NCBI GenBank assembly: GCA_043228905.1
Contig: JBHGNT010000004.1
Coordinates: 12,276,001 to 12,340,000, forward strand
Source of the DNA: Azolla caroliniana
Lineage: Eukaryota > Plantae > Polypodiophyta
Length of the DNA: 64,000 nt
Reading direction: 5' to 3'
The notes under the pieces are model-generated. The model was not told the origin of the DNA, searched no databases, and saw only the letters and a program-made list of their open reading frames with translations. The translations under genes were made by a program, and so were the position numbers. This document shows positions 22,713-37,249 of the stretch, in pieces; the first letter of the stretch is position 1; each line of letters opens with the position of its first letter.

Positions 22713-25700
22713 TGTTAGGATCAGAACCGGCCATGATCGGTTTCTTGTATATGTGTTTGGGTGCGAAGAAAAGTAGAAAGGGAAAAACTACCAAGGTCCA
22801 CAAACTGTCAGGAATAGTACCAAACAGAGAGAGAATTAGTACTAGAGAAGAGAAGTACTATTAGTACTAAGAGGATGGGACTGTGTTGGGTTTGTTCGTT
22901 CCGCTTGCCCATCGGTCTGAGGATGGTAGCCGGAGGAGAGGTTGCAAGAGACCTTGAGCATCTTGAAGAGATGCTGCCAAAATTTGGAGACAAATTGCGG
23001 TCCTCAGTCACTGATGATACTGTCTGGGAGGCCATGATGCCGAAATACCTCACGCATGACAAGGGCGGCGGTTTCCTCGCTAGTGATGGCCTTAGTACAC
23101 GGCACAAAATGTGCCATCTTCGTATATCGATCGATGACGGTTAAGATAGCATCGAACCCCTTCGAGACCGGCAGATCTGTGATAAAATCAAGACAAATAG
23201 ACTGCCACGGCTTACTTGGAATCGGTAAGGGTTCCAACAAGCCATATGGATGGTGTCGTGGCATCTTTGCTCGACAGCAAGCATCACAAGTCCGAACGTA
23301 GTCGTCGACAAAACGGCACATGTGGGGTCACCAGAAAGATCGCTACACTAGCTCCAACGTCTTAGTACTACCGAAATGTCCCGATGTATGGGTATCGTGA
23401 CAATTCTGGACGATTTGAAGGCAACAGGAGCAATCAGGGACATATACGCGCTTTTTAAAGAATAACAAACCATCATGATATTCGAATTGTCGGTAGTCAA
23501 TACCTGGTTGTTGAGACTGAGAACAGGATGCCCGAGAAGTACCAATGTGCGCCAGGATGTCTTGAGCTAAACTATCCGTCTTCAAGTTTGCACGTATGTC
23601 ATCGGTAATCCGTGAATCCATCGGGGTGTGAAAAATCTGCGTCGTGTGCAATCGTGTTGGTCCCAAGATTACTTGCTTTTGATTATCAAATGCCGGATCA
23701 CCAGGACGAGGTGCAAGATATGAACGCCGTGATAGTGCATCTGCTTTTCCTTGCTATTTCCCCGGTTGATATGTGATTTTGAAGTCGAAATGCGTGAGGA
23801 ATTGTGCCCACCGAGCTTGCCGTTGATTTAGTACGCAAGCGTTCTGGAAATAAGCAAGATTTTTATGATCACTAAAGACAATGACCTGATGTGGAGAGCC
23901 CTCTAAGAAATGCCGCCATTGCACAAATGAATCCACGATGGCTAATAACTCCTTGTCAAGTATTTCGTAGTTGATTTCCGCAACATCAAATTTGCGCGAA
24001 TGGAAAGCCACAGGATTTATCTCTTCTTTATCTCCTTGTTGAGAAAGGATGCTACCGAGGACGAAATCTGATGCATCGGCCTCCATGATGAATGGTTTGC
24101 TTGTATCCACATGATCTAGAATCGGTGATGATGTAAAGGCTTTCTTAAGATGCCGAAAAGCCAGATCTGCTTCATTGGACCAAAGAAATACTTGTCCCTT
24201 CTTCGTAAGTTGTCTGAGAGGTAAAATAATCTTCGAGTAATCCTATATAAACTTACGGTAGAAGTTAGCAAAACCTAGAAAACATTGTACATCTCGTACC
24301 GACCGTGGAATTTGCCACTCTAGTACAGTTTGGACTTTAGCAGGATCCATGGCGATGCCCTTTGAGGAGATGAAGTAGGCTAGAAATTCCACTTGCTTGC
24401 AGTCAAAGCTACATTTTTCTAGCTTGGCATAAAGACCATTCTCGCAGAGTCACTTTAGTACTAATAGTACATGAGAATCGTGCTCTTCCTGGGTCTTCGA
24501 ATAAATCAATAGATCATCCAGATAGATGATCAAACAGATATCCAAGAGGTCTCTGAATATATCATTTGCCATGTGTTGGAAGACTGCAGGTGCATTGGTT
24601 AGGCCAAACGGCATAACAATATACTCGAAATGCCCATACCGCGTGCGAAAGGTGGTCTTCCATTCATCTCCCGGTCGGATCCGTATGAGGTTATACGCTC
24701 CTCGTAGATCGATTTTGGTAAAAAACTTGGCACCATTAACTCGCTCTAAAAGACTTGATATAAGAGGAAGTGCATACCTATTCCGGATGGTGACCTTATT
24801 CAATCCGCGATAATCAATGACGAGACGAAGTGAGCCATCTTTCTTCTTGACAAAGAAGATGGGTGCACCGGCCAGAGATTTCGAATGACGGATGAACCCG
24901 CTTGCCAAGTTCTCCTTTATGTAGGCTCGAAGGACTTCTAACTCGATGGGTGACAAGTTGTAAATTGGTCCCCATGGTGGCTCGGTTCCTGGTTGTAAAT
25001 CGATGGGACAGTCATAGGGACGGTGATGAGGAAGGGTACCGGCTTTTACCTTGTCAAATACATCGGCATAAGGATGATATTTTGCCGGAAGTTGTACTGA
25101 GGAGTCCTTCTTAATGGTACTGGAAGGATGTACTGATATTGCAAATAGGAACATTGCCTCCTTGTGTCCTTCTTCGCGTAATTGATGGAGTGAAATGGTG
25201 GAAACTCGGTGAGTAGTTCTTGGGGTGGTTGATATCGGACTTCTCTTGTTCTCCAATCTATGGATGGATTATGTAATTCAAACCAAGGTAATCCTAGGAC
25301 AATGGGATGCTCTGGACTACTAATTATATTAAATGATACTACACACACAAAACTACGTAGGACAACTTGAATGGGTTCTGATTCTTCTACAATATTCCCG
25401 GAAGCAATGGGACGACCATCAATGACTACTACAGATGCGGGACAAGGAAGTTTTCTTAAGGATATCTGAGAAGCTTGGGCAAAATTTCGATCCATGAAAC
25501 AAGAATTAGCTCCGGAATCTAAAAGTGCTAGGACGGGTACCGGGGAGTACTTTTAGTACTAACAATGACTTGGGCTAGGAACACATTGCTAACTTGCTTG
25601 GAAGGAATGGAACCACTAATGGGTTGTACAGATCCAGGGCTGTTGTCCAACCAAACGGCGCCTATTTTGGCTAGACTCAATCGTTTAACTCTTCATCTAA

Positions 25701-27748
25701 TTGACTAAGGATTTCAAATTTGTTTGAGATACTTGGGCTATTAGTACTATGAATACTATCTGACACTCTATTAGTACTATTAATACTATCAGACACTCTG
25801 AAGGGAAGAATTGACTTGGGTTTAGTACAGGCGACGATTTGGTTTACCTGTCTTCTTGGCCTATGAGGACAATTGATGGCGATATGCCCTGGTCCACCAC
25901 AATAAAGACATAATCGATTGGCACGTCGTCGTTGCTTTTCTTCTTCTGATAACGGGCCGCGTCGACGCATGGTGTCAATCTCCATTGGTGTCGGAATATT
26001 GGCTTGAGGTACATCGCGTGCAAACGGTTTAGCCGTGACTGAGGCGTATGTGGGTTCCGGCCGAGAGCGTGGTATTTGTAACTGACGTTCCGAACACCGT
26101 TCGAAAGGCGGTTATCGCATCGAACCGCTCGACTGATTGCCTCCGTAAGAGACTTTGGTTCTTCAGGGAAGGTTAAAAGCAAGTCTTTGACATCGTTGCG
26201 CAAGCCATAGCGAAACTGCTCCATGAGGGCCTGATCATCCTAGGGGATATTTGAGGTGAGTAGACGGAAATTTGTCGCGTAGGCAGAGGCTGGACGATCG
26301 CCTTTACGCAATCTTCGGATCTTGTTGATCGTCGTCCGGATGTTGTCGGTATCTCCAAAGTAGGCTTTAAACTCACCAATAAAATCTTCAAAGTTATTAA
26401 GCAAGGGTGATTGTTTTTCTAGAAGCGGAGCGAACCATGCCAAGGCTGAGCCACTAAGTAACGTGCCTATTAGGCCGACTCGAGATGCACCAGTGGGATA
26501 TCGGGAAAGATGCATCTGGATGACTAAGCGTACTTGATTAAGGAATCCCTGGAATTGCGATCGCGTTCCATCAAATTTCAGAGGAAGTCCAATCTTGGGC
26601 TCTTTATGAAATCCTTAGGGACTTGATCCTTGTTGTTGCAATGCTGCTTCGAGTTGTTGTACCCGTAACGCTAACTCCCCATGTTGTTGTTGCGTTTGTT
26701 GTTTTTCTAGAGAGATTTGTTGCAGATCCCCTATCAACCGTTGGTTTTCTTGTTCCAAGGCAACAAACTTTTCTTTTAGACACTATAGCTTAGAGAAAAC
26801 GGATTGATATTCTTGGGCGCTTACAGTAGCCATATTATAGAAACAGGATAGGAGGAGGGAAAACGACAAGTAGACTTGAGGAAGGAACCAAATTGGTTCA
26901 AACTGTCAGGAATAGTACTAAACAGAGAGAGAATTAGTACTAGACAAGAGAAGTACTATTAGTACTAAGAGGACAGGATTGCGCAAGATTCCCAAGAGAG
27001 GAAGTGAGAAGAGGAGAGAGAAAGAGATAGCGAGAATGAGAGAGAGAGAAAGATGATGACAACAGCTAATATATTATGTGAAAGATAAGTACAAAGTGGC
27101 TAAGAGGCTTAACATAATTTGGTTCAACATAATGCCTAGTGCCTTCTTTTATAGTGTTCTCAGGAGTAATCCTGAAACTTCTAGAATGTTCCAGAGAAAT
27201 CTGGAATATACATTACTTTCTTATAATAAAACATAAATGAAAATAATATCTTATGAATTACAATAGATGGTGTGATGGTTAAGAGCTCGACCCATATACC
27301 ATAAGGTCATGGGTTCGAGTCTTGTCATATCATGACACAAACCCCAAGAAATAGATCATTATGTAGAGAGGGGAATACAAGGAGACTCGTAGGCACTGAC
27401 CTCGAGCTCGTCTTTGTCTAACAAACGGTGACTGAGTTACAACTCACACTCACACTCTCTCTCCCACTCTCTCTTACAAAGGCAACTACCTTTTGTCACT
27501 AATACAACAATAATGATACACCCAAAAGGATCATAGTATAATGATTGCCTTAAGTGTATATATACTAATATACAATATGGGCTATTTATAACAATGGCCC
27601 ACAAGGGCATATATAGTGTCCTGACTCGGCTTCGGCCGATTCAGCCGAAAAGTTGAGTCGATTTTTGGTTTATGGTTTTCGATTTCGGCCGAGGCCGAGG
27701 CCAAAAAGAAATTGCCAAAGTCTGCAAGTGGTCCACAAAGGTTTTCAA
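22713..27748 (-). mobile_element. Copia-type LTR remnant interrupted by element B; right boundary approximate
   Basis: Starts TGTTAGG. The 27360-27600 segment resembles the LTRs at 48201 and 58386 (GGAATACAA..GAGACTC..GACCTCGAGCTCG; TGATTGCC.TAAG). Confidence 0.6.
22806..27337 (-). mobile_element. Element B: Tcn1/Tf1-sushi-type chromoviral Gypsy with an internal deletion (integrase C-terminus, PPT and most of the 3' LTR lost)
   Basis: TSD CAAAC at 22801-22805 and 27338-27342; 5' LTR 26904-27337; 3' LTR remnant 22806 to ~22874. Gag KFDG..RVGLIGTLLSGSALAWF..CLYCGGPGH; protease ALLDSGA; RT IYLDD (24450-25256); RNase H 23754-24110; integrase 22880-23666. Confidence 0.9.
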
Positions 27749-29077
27749 CTTGATGCACATGGAGTGGTTGGAAGCCATGAAGGCCAATGAAGCATTATCA
27801 GCTTCATTCTGACAAGCCGAAGCAAAGCTAAAAGAAGTAGAAGAACATCTCCAAACATGCGACTTTTAAAAGTTAGCATGCGGAAGCTACACACAGACCA
27901 CAACCGGCTTAGCCGGATAGCAACAGAAAATAGAAAACGCAGGTTTAATGGAAAGCTTGAGAACAATACGTGAGAGAGAGAGAGAGCAGAACACACAATA
28001 TCTATTTCAAAAAATTAACTCCACACTCTGTTCTGTACATCGAATGTGCTCAGAGAGTACTTTTATACAAGTCCTTTAAAAGGACTAACACAAGCTCCAT
28101 CAGTATTCGAATACTCATAAATGAGCTCCTAACTAACTCTCAAATATATTCCTTCGCGGAATATCTTCCAACGGCCTTCTAGGTCCCACCAATCTAGCCT
28201 TGCCTATCGTTCTCCGTCTGATCTAGCTCCTAGCTTCCTGAGTCGATCCGCGCCGAACTAATCGGTCTGATCTGATCCGGTTGTCGTCCTTTAGCCGATC
28301 CGGCCCAAGTTCCATTTCCTCACTCAATACCCCCCCTTAAGCTCAACTTGAGGTTCTCCTCATCTGGTTCGATTCTATGTTCTTCGACCCCTTGGGTACT
28401 TCGCTTTTCGAACCTTTCGGATCTGCGCATGTCGACCCTTTTGAAGTTGTGTCAGCTTTGGTTGTCCTTTCATCCACTTGGCCTTCACTTGATTCAGCTC
28501 GTCCAAATTGTATAGACACAAGCTCAACAAAAACATATGATGCTTACTGGTAAGTGAGATATCCTATAGTAGCTATTGGGAAATGAGCTATTATTAGGCA
28601 TGTATGTAAAACAACTATTTAGCTAGTCACAGCTAATTAGCTGCATATGTAAGTCACTTATATACTTAGGTAGAAAAGTAAGAGAAGAATGAGAGTAGTT
28701 GTAAGAGAAGAAGAAAACAGACGAGAGAGGTTTCTCTGCGTGTAATGAAATAGAAGCTTTTGGGTTGCTACAGAGGTAAGTCTCCTTCCCCTTTCCTTTT
28801 GTGTCTAGAGCACACTAAAGGATCCAGCACATCACGATCCGTTGGGCATTAAGAAGAGCCGGAGTGCCTTCATAACATGGTAGGAGAGCGGAGTTGCTCG
28901 TAAAGGGGAACAATACAAATCTGAGAAGTTTGGTTCTGTTTGCTGGTCTGAATCAAAGAGTTGTCTGTGAAGTTAATTGTAGCAAAAGCCCTAATTTGAA
29001 AGAGAAAATATCTACAGAAAATGGAAGCCAAATAGTCACAGAAAAGTTGGACAAAAATAATTTCCCTATGTGGAAAT

Positions 29078-32000
29078 TGAAAGGAATACGGTTTCCTAAG
29101 CTATGCTCGGCCACAACCGAGATGTCGGATCAAGCACAGAAAACAGGGATGTAGTGAGATGTATCTACACACGAAACAGTAAAGAAGAGAGTGCACTGGA
29201 TGTTAACATGGAAAACCCAAATCTAGGAAAAACCACGGTAGCCCTCAGACTGCAAAATATCACTATATCAAGATTACAACAATGGGGCACAGAGGCAATG
29301 ACCTCTTGCTCCCTCCCTCCCTCTCTTCTCTGTACACAGTTACGCTCTGAATTATCACCACAACGATAATAACACAACCTACTCTACATCATCCACTCTT
29401 AAGTTTGCCCTAGGTCATATTTATACTAATATGACTTTCGGGCTATTTACAAATATAGCCCCAGTGGGCTCTCTAGAACATATTTACATATATGTCCCTT
29501 CCATCCGATGAGAGGTTCTCACCGAGCCTGCAACATCTGATTCTCACCGGGTCTTCCGTTGCCGGGTACTCCACATCCGGTTCTCACCGTGTCTTTCATT
29601 GCCGGGTACTCCACATCCGGTTCTCACTGGGTCTTCTGTTGCCGGGTACTCGTCATCCGGTTCTCACCGGGTCTTCCCTTGCCGGGTACTCCACATCCGG
29701 ATTCGGCCTTGGCCTATCAGCCTCGGTTGTGTTGCTCATCAACACTGTTCTTCTCACTTCCCATTCGGAGGGACCTATTTCCTAACAAACTCCCCCTTCA
29801 CTTCGGCATCGGATGTCGTACTAGTACGATCCGCTTCCGACATGCATCCAACTTGTCGGGTATTAGTACTTTCGTCAGCATATCTGGCCTGTTCTCGGCC
29901 GTGTGGATCTTCGTCAGTGCGAACTCTCGATCTTCTACTCGCTCCCGGATCTAGTGATACCTACGCTGGATGTGCTTCGTCCTGGAATGGTACATTGCGT
30001 TCTTAGCAAGGTGGATGGCACTTTGACTGTCGCAATAGAGCCGATATTCATTTTGCCGGATACCAAGCTCACCGATGAAGTCCTTCATCCATAATATTTC
30101 CTTACCGGCTTCCACAGCTGCCATGTACTCTGCCTCCATGGTTGACAACGCAACCGTCTTCTGCAGCCTCGACTGCCACGAAACAGCTCCCCCTGCATAT
30201 GTCATTACTTACTCGGATGTAGACCGGCTAGTATCCACATCAGCCGACATGTCTGAATCGGTGAAACCGTCAAGTTGAGGTTCACCGGAGCCGAATCAGA
30301 GACACATATTCGAAGTGCCCTTCAAGTACCGGAGTATCCATTTGATCGCGTTCCAGTGCTCCTTGTCGGGATTGTTCATAAACCGGCTTACCACTCCGAT
30401 TCCGTATCCAATATCCGGTCGAGTACACACCATTGCGTACATTAGGCTCCCGACGGCAGAAGCATATGGAACCTTCATCATATCTGCCTTCTCTGCTTTC
30501 GTCTTCAGGCTTTGCTTACCGGATAATCTACAGTTTGCCGGGAGTGTCGATCCAGCCGGTTTCGCTTCTAACATGTTGAACCGCTGAAGCACCTTTGTCA
30601 CGTATTTCTCCTGTGACAACCACAGTTGCTTCTTTGACTGTTCCCGGATGATGTGCATCCCTAGTATTTGTCTTGCCGGGCCCAAGTCTTTCATTGCGAA
30701 GGTTCGATTAAGAGCGTTCTTCAACATCCGTATTTTGGCTTGGTCCCGTCTGATGATCAACATGTCGTCCACGTACAGAAGGAGTATCAAGAAGTCGCCT
30801 CCTTCGAACTTCTTTACAAACACGCAGTGATCGGTTTGCGTTTTGTGATACCCTTGATCAGTCATGAAGGAGTCAAACTTCCGGTACCATTGTCGGGGAG
30901 CCTGCTTCAGTCTGTACAGGCTCTTCTTCAACCGGCAAACCAGGTGCTCCTTCCCTTTCTCTACGAATCCTTCCGCTTGCTCCATGTAGATCTCCTCTTC
31001 GAGGTCGCCGTGAAGGAATGTCTTCTTCACGTCTAGCTACTCCACCTCGAGGTCCATGCTTGCCGCTATACTAAGCACCGTCCGGATGGAAGTCATCTTT
31101 ACTACTAGGGCAAATATCTTGTCGAAGTCCACACCCTTCTTCTGCTGGAACCCCTTCACGACGATCCTGGCTTTGTATCTCGGGGGTTTGCCGGCATCTC
31201 CCGGTTTCAACTTGTACACCACTTATTTCAGAGTGCTCGCTTTTCTTTCGGCAACTCCACCAATTCGTACGTATGGTTCTCATGCAGGGAATCCATCTCA
31301 TCCTGCATGGCACTTAACCATTTGCGACTGTGGGTGTCGTCCTTCGCTTCTTTGAAGCTTTCCGTCTCTCCCTCATCGGTTAGCAACACATGCTCTGCAT
31401 CCGGAAATCTCCGGGGGGCCCTTCTCTCACTGAGAGGATATCTCCGTCTTTGGCCTTCGGCAACCGGCTCCACTATTCGTTCTTCATCCGAATCCGATTC
31501 GGGGTCTTGGCCGGTTCCGATTTCAGCTTCCTCTACTTCTTCTTCTGCCGGTTCGGTATCCTCACCGTAACCGGTTGGTTCCTCGAGTGTCAACCGGCTC
31601 TTAGCCGGGTGGGTTCGAATCTCATCGGAGTTCATTATCTTCTTCTCCGACTCCTAGTCGGCAAGAGTCTTGTCCTCCATGAAGATAATATCTCGGCTCT
31701 GGAAAGTCTTCTTGTCAACCGGATCCCACACTCGGTAGCCGAACTCATCATCGCCGTATCTGAGGAATATGCATGGCCGGGTCTTTGGATCCAACTTTCC
31801 TCTCCGGTCCTTAGCAACATGCACGTACGCAAGACACCTGAACACCTTCAGATGCCGGTAGGACACTTCCTTACCGGTCCACACCTTCTGCGGTGTGTCT
31901 ACATTCAAGGGCACTGAGGGTGATCTGTTTATCACATACGTCGGTGTCTACAGCGCCTCAGGCCAAAACATCTTGGGTAGCTTAGCATGTGCTATCATAC

Positions 32001-34505
32001 TCCGGACCCTCTCCATTATGGTCCGAATCATCCTCTCAGCTTGCCCGTTTAGTTCCGGCGTCTTCGGCACGGTAAATTCAAGCCGGATTCCCTGAGAGCG
32101 GCAATACTCCTTGAACTGCCCCCGGTATTCACCTCCGTTATCTCCTCGAACCGCCTTTAGCTTACGCCGGATTCTCTTTCCACTCTTGCGTGGAGCTCCT
32201 TGAAGATGGATAACACCTGATCCTTTGTCTTCAACGATGTGGCCCACAACCTCCTGTTGTGGTCATCTATGAATGTCACGAAGTACTGCGATCGTGCATG
32301 TGACTTCGTGTCCACTTGACACACATCAGTATGCACCAACTCCAGTGGTGCATTACGTATCATCGGTTTCCTCGATCGGAAGGAGGTCCGGTTTTGTTTA
32401 CCAGCTAGGCAGTCAGTGCGCCTCTCAAGATGCACGTTCTTCACTGGAATGAGGTTGTCATCGGCAAGCCTCTTCATCCCCTTCATGCTCATGTGACACA
32501 ATCTCTTGTGCCACAGCTCACCGGCAGTGTCGGAAGCCACGTTCACTTCTTCCGGGAATAACCGGGCATTCATCAGGTACAACGTGTTGACCTTCTGGGC
32601 CCGAGCCACAATCAGGCTCCCTTTGCTGAACTTCATAACACCGTTCCGGATGCTACTCGTGTAGCCTTCATCATCTAGCCGACCGGCTGATATCAGGTTT
32701 AGTCGAACCTCCGGAATGTGTCGGACATCCTTCAACAGCAGCTTGCATCCGGTTGGTGTTGTCAACCACACGTCTCCTATGCCCACAATTCGGCATGTAC
32801 CTTCATTCCCCATCCAGACACAGCCGCGATCACCGACTGAGTAGGATGAGAAGCATTTCCGATCCGGGGTAAGGTGGAACGACACTCCGGAATCGACCAC
32901 CCAGGTCATCTCATCGCCGGCAAGGTTTAGCTCACTCTCCTCGGTGATGAGCATCAACTCTTCTTCACTTGCCGCGATTGCTGTCGTTCCCTTTCGATCT
33001 AGCCCCCTCCGGTCTTTACCGTTTCGGTCCAATGTCCGCTTCGAATTGGTACCGTCGGTTTCCTTGTCTTTTCGGAAGTGCCAACAGTTCTTTTGGAAGT
33101 GTCCTAGCTTGCTGCAATAGAAGCAAGTAGGCCTCCCCCTTGACTTTGACCGTGTCCCCGACTTTTCCCGGTTCTGGGGACTACGGTTCCTTTGCCTTCC
33201 GCGTTCCGATTCGGTAAGGAGCGCTTTGGAGTCGGAGCTCGTATCCTTATCTCTCCAACGCGCCTCCTCATCTAGCAAGCTTGAATTCACTCTTGCTAGG
33301 GATAACCGTTTCCCTTCCGGCCCGGCGTTGCCCAAAGTGACAACCAACGTCTCCCAGCTATCTGGGAGGGAACCGAGCAGGAGTAGTGCTAGTACCTCAT
33401 CGGCGAGAGGTACTTCCAATGATGTTGCCTGGTGGATCAGCCCCCGGAAGGCATTCATGTGCTCTACCATGATGGAGCCGTCTTGGTACCGAAGTCTTAC
33501 TAGCTTCCGAAATACCGAAACCTGATTAACAACATTTTTCTTTTGAAACATAATGCCAATCTTCTCCCAGAGCTCATGAGCCTTGCTCTCTTCATTGAAG
33601 TTGTTATATAAACTCATGTCGATGAAGCACCGTATGTATGCCGTCGTCTTCATGTACATCACCTCCCATATCGTGGCATTGATTTTGTCCGGTCTCTTGT
33701 CTCCGAACTGAACCGGCAACCAAAGATCTTTAACCATGAGCATGTCCCTCATCTTCGACTTCCACACTAAGTAATTGGAGCCGGTGAGCTTGAACATGCC
33801 TCCCAACGAATCGTCCATTTTTCTGTGTCGTTTCGCTCTGATAACAGTTTGAAAGGAATACGGTTTCCTAAGCTATGCTCGGCCACAACCGAGACGTCGG
33901 ATCAAGCACAGAAAACAGGGATGTAGTGAGATGTATCTACACACGAAACAGTAAAGAAGAGAGTGCACTGGATGTTAACATGGAAAACCCAAATCTAGGA
34001 AAAACCACGGTAGCCCTCAGACTGCAAAATATCACTATATCAAGATTACAACAATGGGGCACAGAGGCAATGACCTCTTGCTCCCTCCCTCCCTCTCTTC
34101 TCTGTACACAGTTACGCTCTGAATTATCACCACAACGATAATAACACAACCTACTCTACATCATCCACTCTTAAGTTTGCCCTAGGTCATATTTATACTA
34201 ATATGACTTTCGGGCTATTTACAAATATAGCCCCAGTGGGCTCTCTGGAACATATTTACATATATGTCCCTTCCATCCGATGAGAGGTTCTCATTGGGCC
34301 TGCAACATCTGATTCTCACCGAGTCTTCCATTGCCGGGTACTCCACATCCGGTTCTCACCGGGTCTTCCACTACCGGGTACTCCACATCCAGTTCTCACC
34401 GGGTCTTCCGTTGTCGGGTACTCCACATCCGGATTCGGCCTCGGCCATGTTGCTTATCAACACTGTTCTTCTCACTTCCCATTCAGAGGGACCTATTTCC
34501 TAACA
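29078..34505 (-). mobile_element. Element D: Tnt1/Tork-like Ty1/Copia, full length with frameshifts
   Basis: TSD GAAAT at 29073-29077 and 34506-34510; LTRs 29078-29787 and 33850-34505; tRNA-iMet PBS with one mismatch at 33835-33846; PPT 29790-29797; ORFs 32157-33818, 30296-31030 (YVDD) and 29951-30205. Confidence 0.96.
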
Positions 34506-36932
34506 GAAATTGAGAATGACAAATTTCCTGATGGGAAAAGGATACTATGATTAAATTGAAGGAGACCTAGAATAGGCTCCAAAGATCCCTGAAGAAAATG
34601 CAACTGCTGCACAGATTAAAGCATTTAAGGAATGGAATCAAGGGGCAAGGAAAGTATTGCATTAGTTGTCACTTAGCATCTTAGACTCGATGCTTGGACA
34701 CATACAAGATGCTTTGATTCGAAAAGAAGCTTGGGACAGTTTGGTAAAAAATTTTGCAGTAAACATAGGCTAGAAAGCTTTAGTTGAAGACTGAGGTAAA
34801 TACCTTGGAAAAAGGTAAGATGTTAATTAATGAGTATGCTTTGAAAATAAAGAGAATATGTGAGTCATTTGCTTCTATTAATGTGAAGGTAGAAGATGAT
34901 GGGAAGGTGGAAATATGCTTAATAGGCTTAGGACCTCAATATAAAAACGTCAAAACATCTATTCTCACAAGGGATAGCATCCAAAGTTTTCTAGATCTAG
35001 TTTCAATGCTTGTAGTGGAAGAAAGAAATAAGCCCTCTACAATAGTGCTGGAAGAGGACGAGGAAGAGGCCATGGAAGATTTGGTTCAGCTAGAACCAAC
35101 AATAATTAATCAAAGGAAGAGGACAACAAGCTACAAGTGGAATAAACAACATCAGAGGCAGGGGCAACCATCGAGGCAGAAGTAAGCAAACTTATTTGAA
35201 TGATGATGGTTGTTGGTATTGTGGAAAATCAGGCCATACACATGCTAAATGCTATAAAAAGCAAAAAAAGGGGGAAGAGACAGGAAAATAACTATGCTTC
35301 AACAAGTAAAAAATATGATAAAGAAGGTGCATTTATGATACAACATGAGACAACAACAATGAATGAATGTTCACAAAGATGCAATCAAGAGTATATGTTG
35401 TATGTAGATTCTAGGGCATCTACTCATATGACTGGACATGCAAATTGGTTTGAAAGTCTAAGAGAACCAGATATTCCTGGTTATGTATAGATAGGGCATA
35501 ATACCACTCATACAATCGAGCATGTTGGAGATATCCCATTGTGCGAAGAAAAAGTATATGTCGAATGTTATGCATGTGCCAAACCTTGCAAAAAATTTGG
35601 TTTCTGTTGGACACATAGTAGAGCAAGAAATGTAAGTTAAGTTTAAGCAAAGTGGATGCTTTACAAAGAAACATGGAAAGCTTATTGCAAAAGGAAAACG
35701 ACAAGGAAGAATATTTGTGTTAGATGTGGATATGCCTAAAAATATTACAACCATGTTTGCAGAAGGAATGAATGTAATCTCAAGTGTGGAGATGTGGCAT
35801 AAAAGAATCGGTCACATAAGTATGCAAACCTTGAAAAATATGTTGAGGAAAAATGCAATGGCTAGACTGCCTAAGTTGAAAGACGGTGAGATGAACAAAG
35901 TATGTGAAGCATGCCAATATGGAAAGAAAAATAGGTTACCTTTCCCTCATGAAGGACATATAAGCAAAAATCAGTTGGATTTGGTACATACGGATGTATG
36001 GGGACCAACAAAAAATGTCTCAATTGGTGGCTGTAGGTTTTGTGTAACATTTGTTGATGATTGCTCAAGGAAAACATGGGTTTACTTCATGAAAGAAAAA
36101 AGTGAAGTATTTGATTGCTTTCATAAGTTCAAATGCATGGTGGAAAAGCAAGTCGAGACTTGAATAAAATGCTTAAGGTCTAATGGAGGAGGAGAATATT
36201 TCTCCAGTGAATTTTTTGATTTTCTATGCAATCAAGGAATAAGGAGAAAATTCACATGTAGATATACTCCACATCAAAATGAAGTGGCTGAGAGGAAAAA
36301 TAGAACTTTGGTGAACATAGCAAGAGTCTTGATGACTAAAAAAAATATGCCATTGTATTACTAGGTAGAAGCTGTAAACACAACAAACTTTATTCTAAAT
36401 AGATGTGTAACATCTATAGTACATGAAATAACTCCTGAAGGAAACATAGTTTATGACACTTAAAAGTGTTTGGATGCCCATATACCCGTTGAAGTAAGAA
36501 CTAAGCTTGATCCAAAAGCTGAAAAATGTGTTTTTGTTGGATATTCAGAGGAGTAAAATCGATATACATGCTATAAACCGTTGACAAAAAAGATTGTAGT
36601 GAGCCGTGATGTAATATTTGATGAGTGGGGCAGCTGGCACAACCCAAAAGAAAATGTAGAAATGTCAAATGAAGACAGGGATAAATCTAAAAATGGAAGA
36701 CATTGCCATGGAAATGAAAGCAATGTTGGACAACAAAGTTCAATATGAAAAGAATGTACTGGACCATTTGAAAAATCTGAATCAAATGCTTGGAGTGTAA
36801 AGAATGCAAGACAAAAAAAATATGATGATGAAAAGGGAAAACAGAAGATGCCAGAATATGAAATGTTTGATGAAGGATCTAGAAACATGGTAGATGTAGA
36901 TTCAAATACATCATTGGATGATGAGCTGGGTA

Positions 36933-37249
36933 TATGAACCTTGAAAATCCCTGGTATTGAGAAGGCAATGAAAGATCCAAATCAGGAACTGAGAAGATCA
37001 GGTAGAGAGAATATGAGCCATGAAAATCCCTGGTATTGAGAAGGCAATGAAAGATCCAAATCAGGAACTGAGAAGATCAGGTAGAGAGAATATGAGCCTT
37101 GAAAATCCCTGGTATTGAGAAGGCAATGAAAGATCCAAATCAGGAACTGAGAAGATCAGGTAGAGAGAATATGAGCCTTGAAAATCCCTGGTATTGAGAA
37201 GGCAATGAAAGATCCAAATCAGGAACTGAGAAGATCAGGTAGAGAGAAA
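36933..37249 (+). repeat. 79-bp tandem repeat, four copies, in the integrase-RT linker of element C
   Basis: TGAAAATCCCTGG at 36942, 37021, 37100 and 37179; units nearly identical. Confidence 0.95.
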
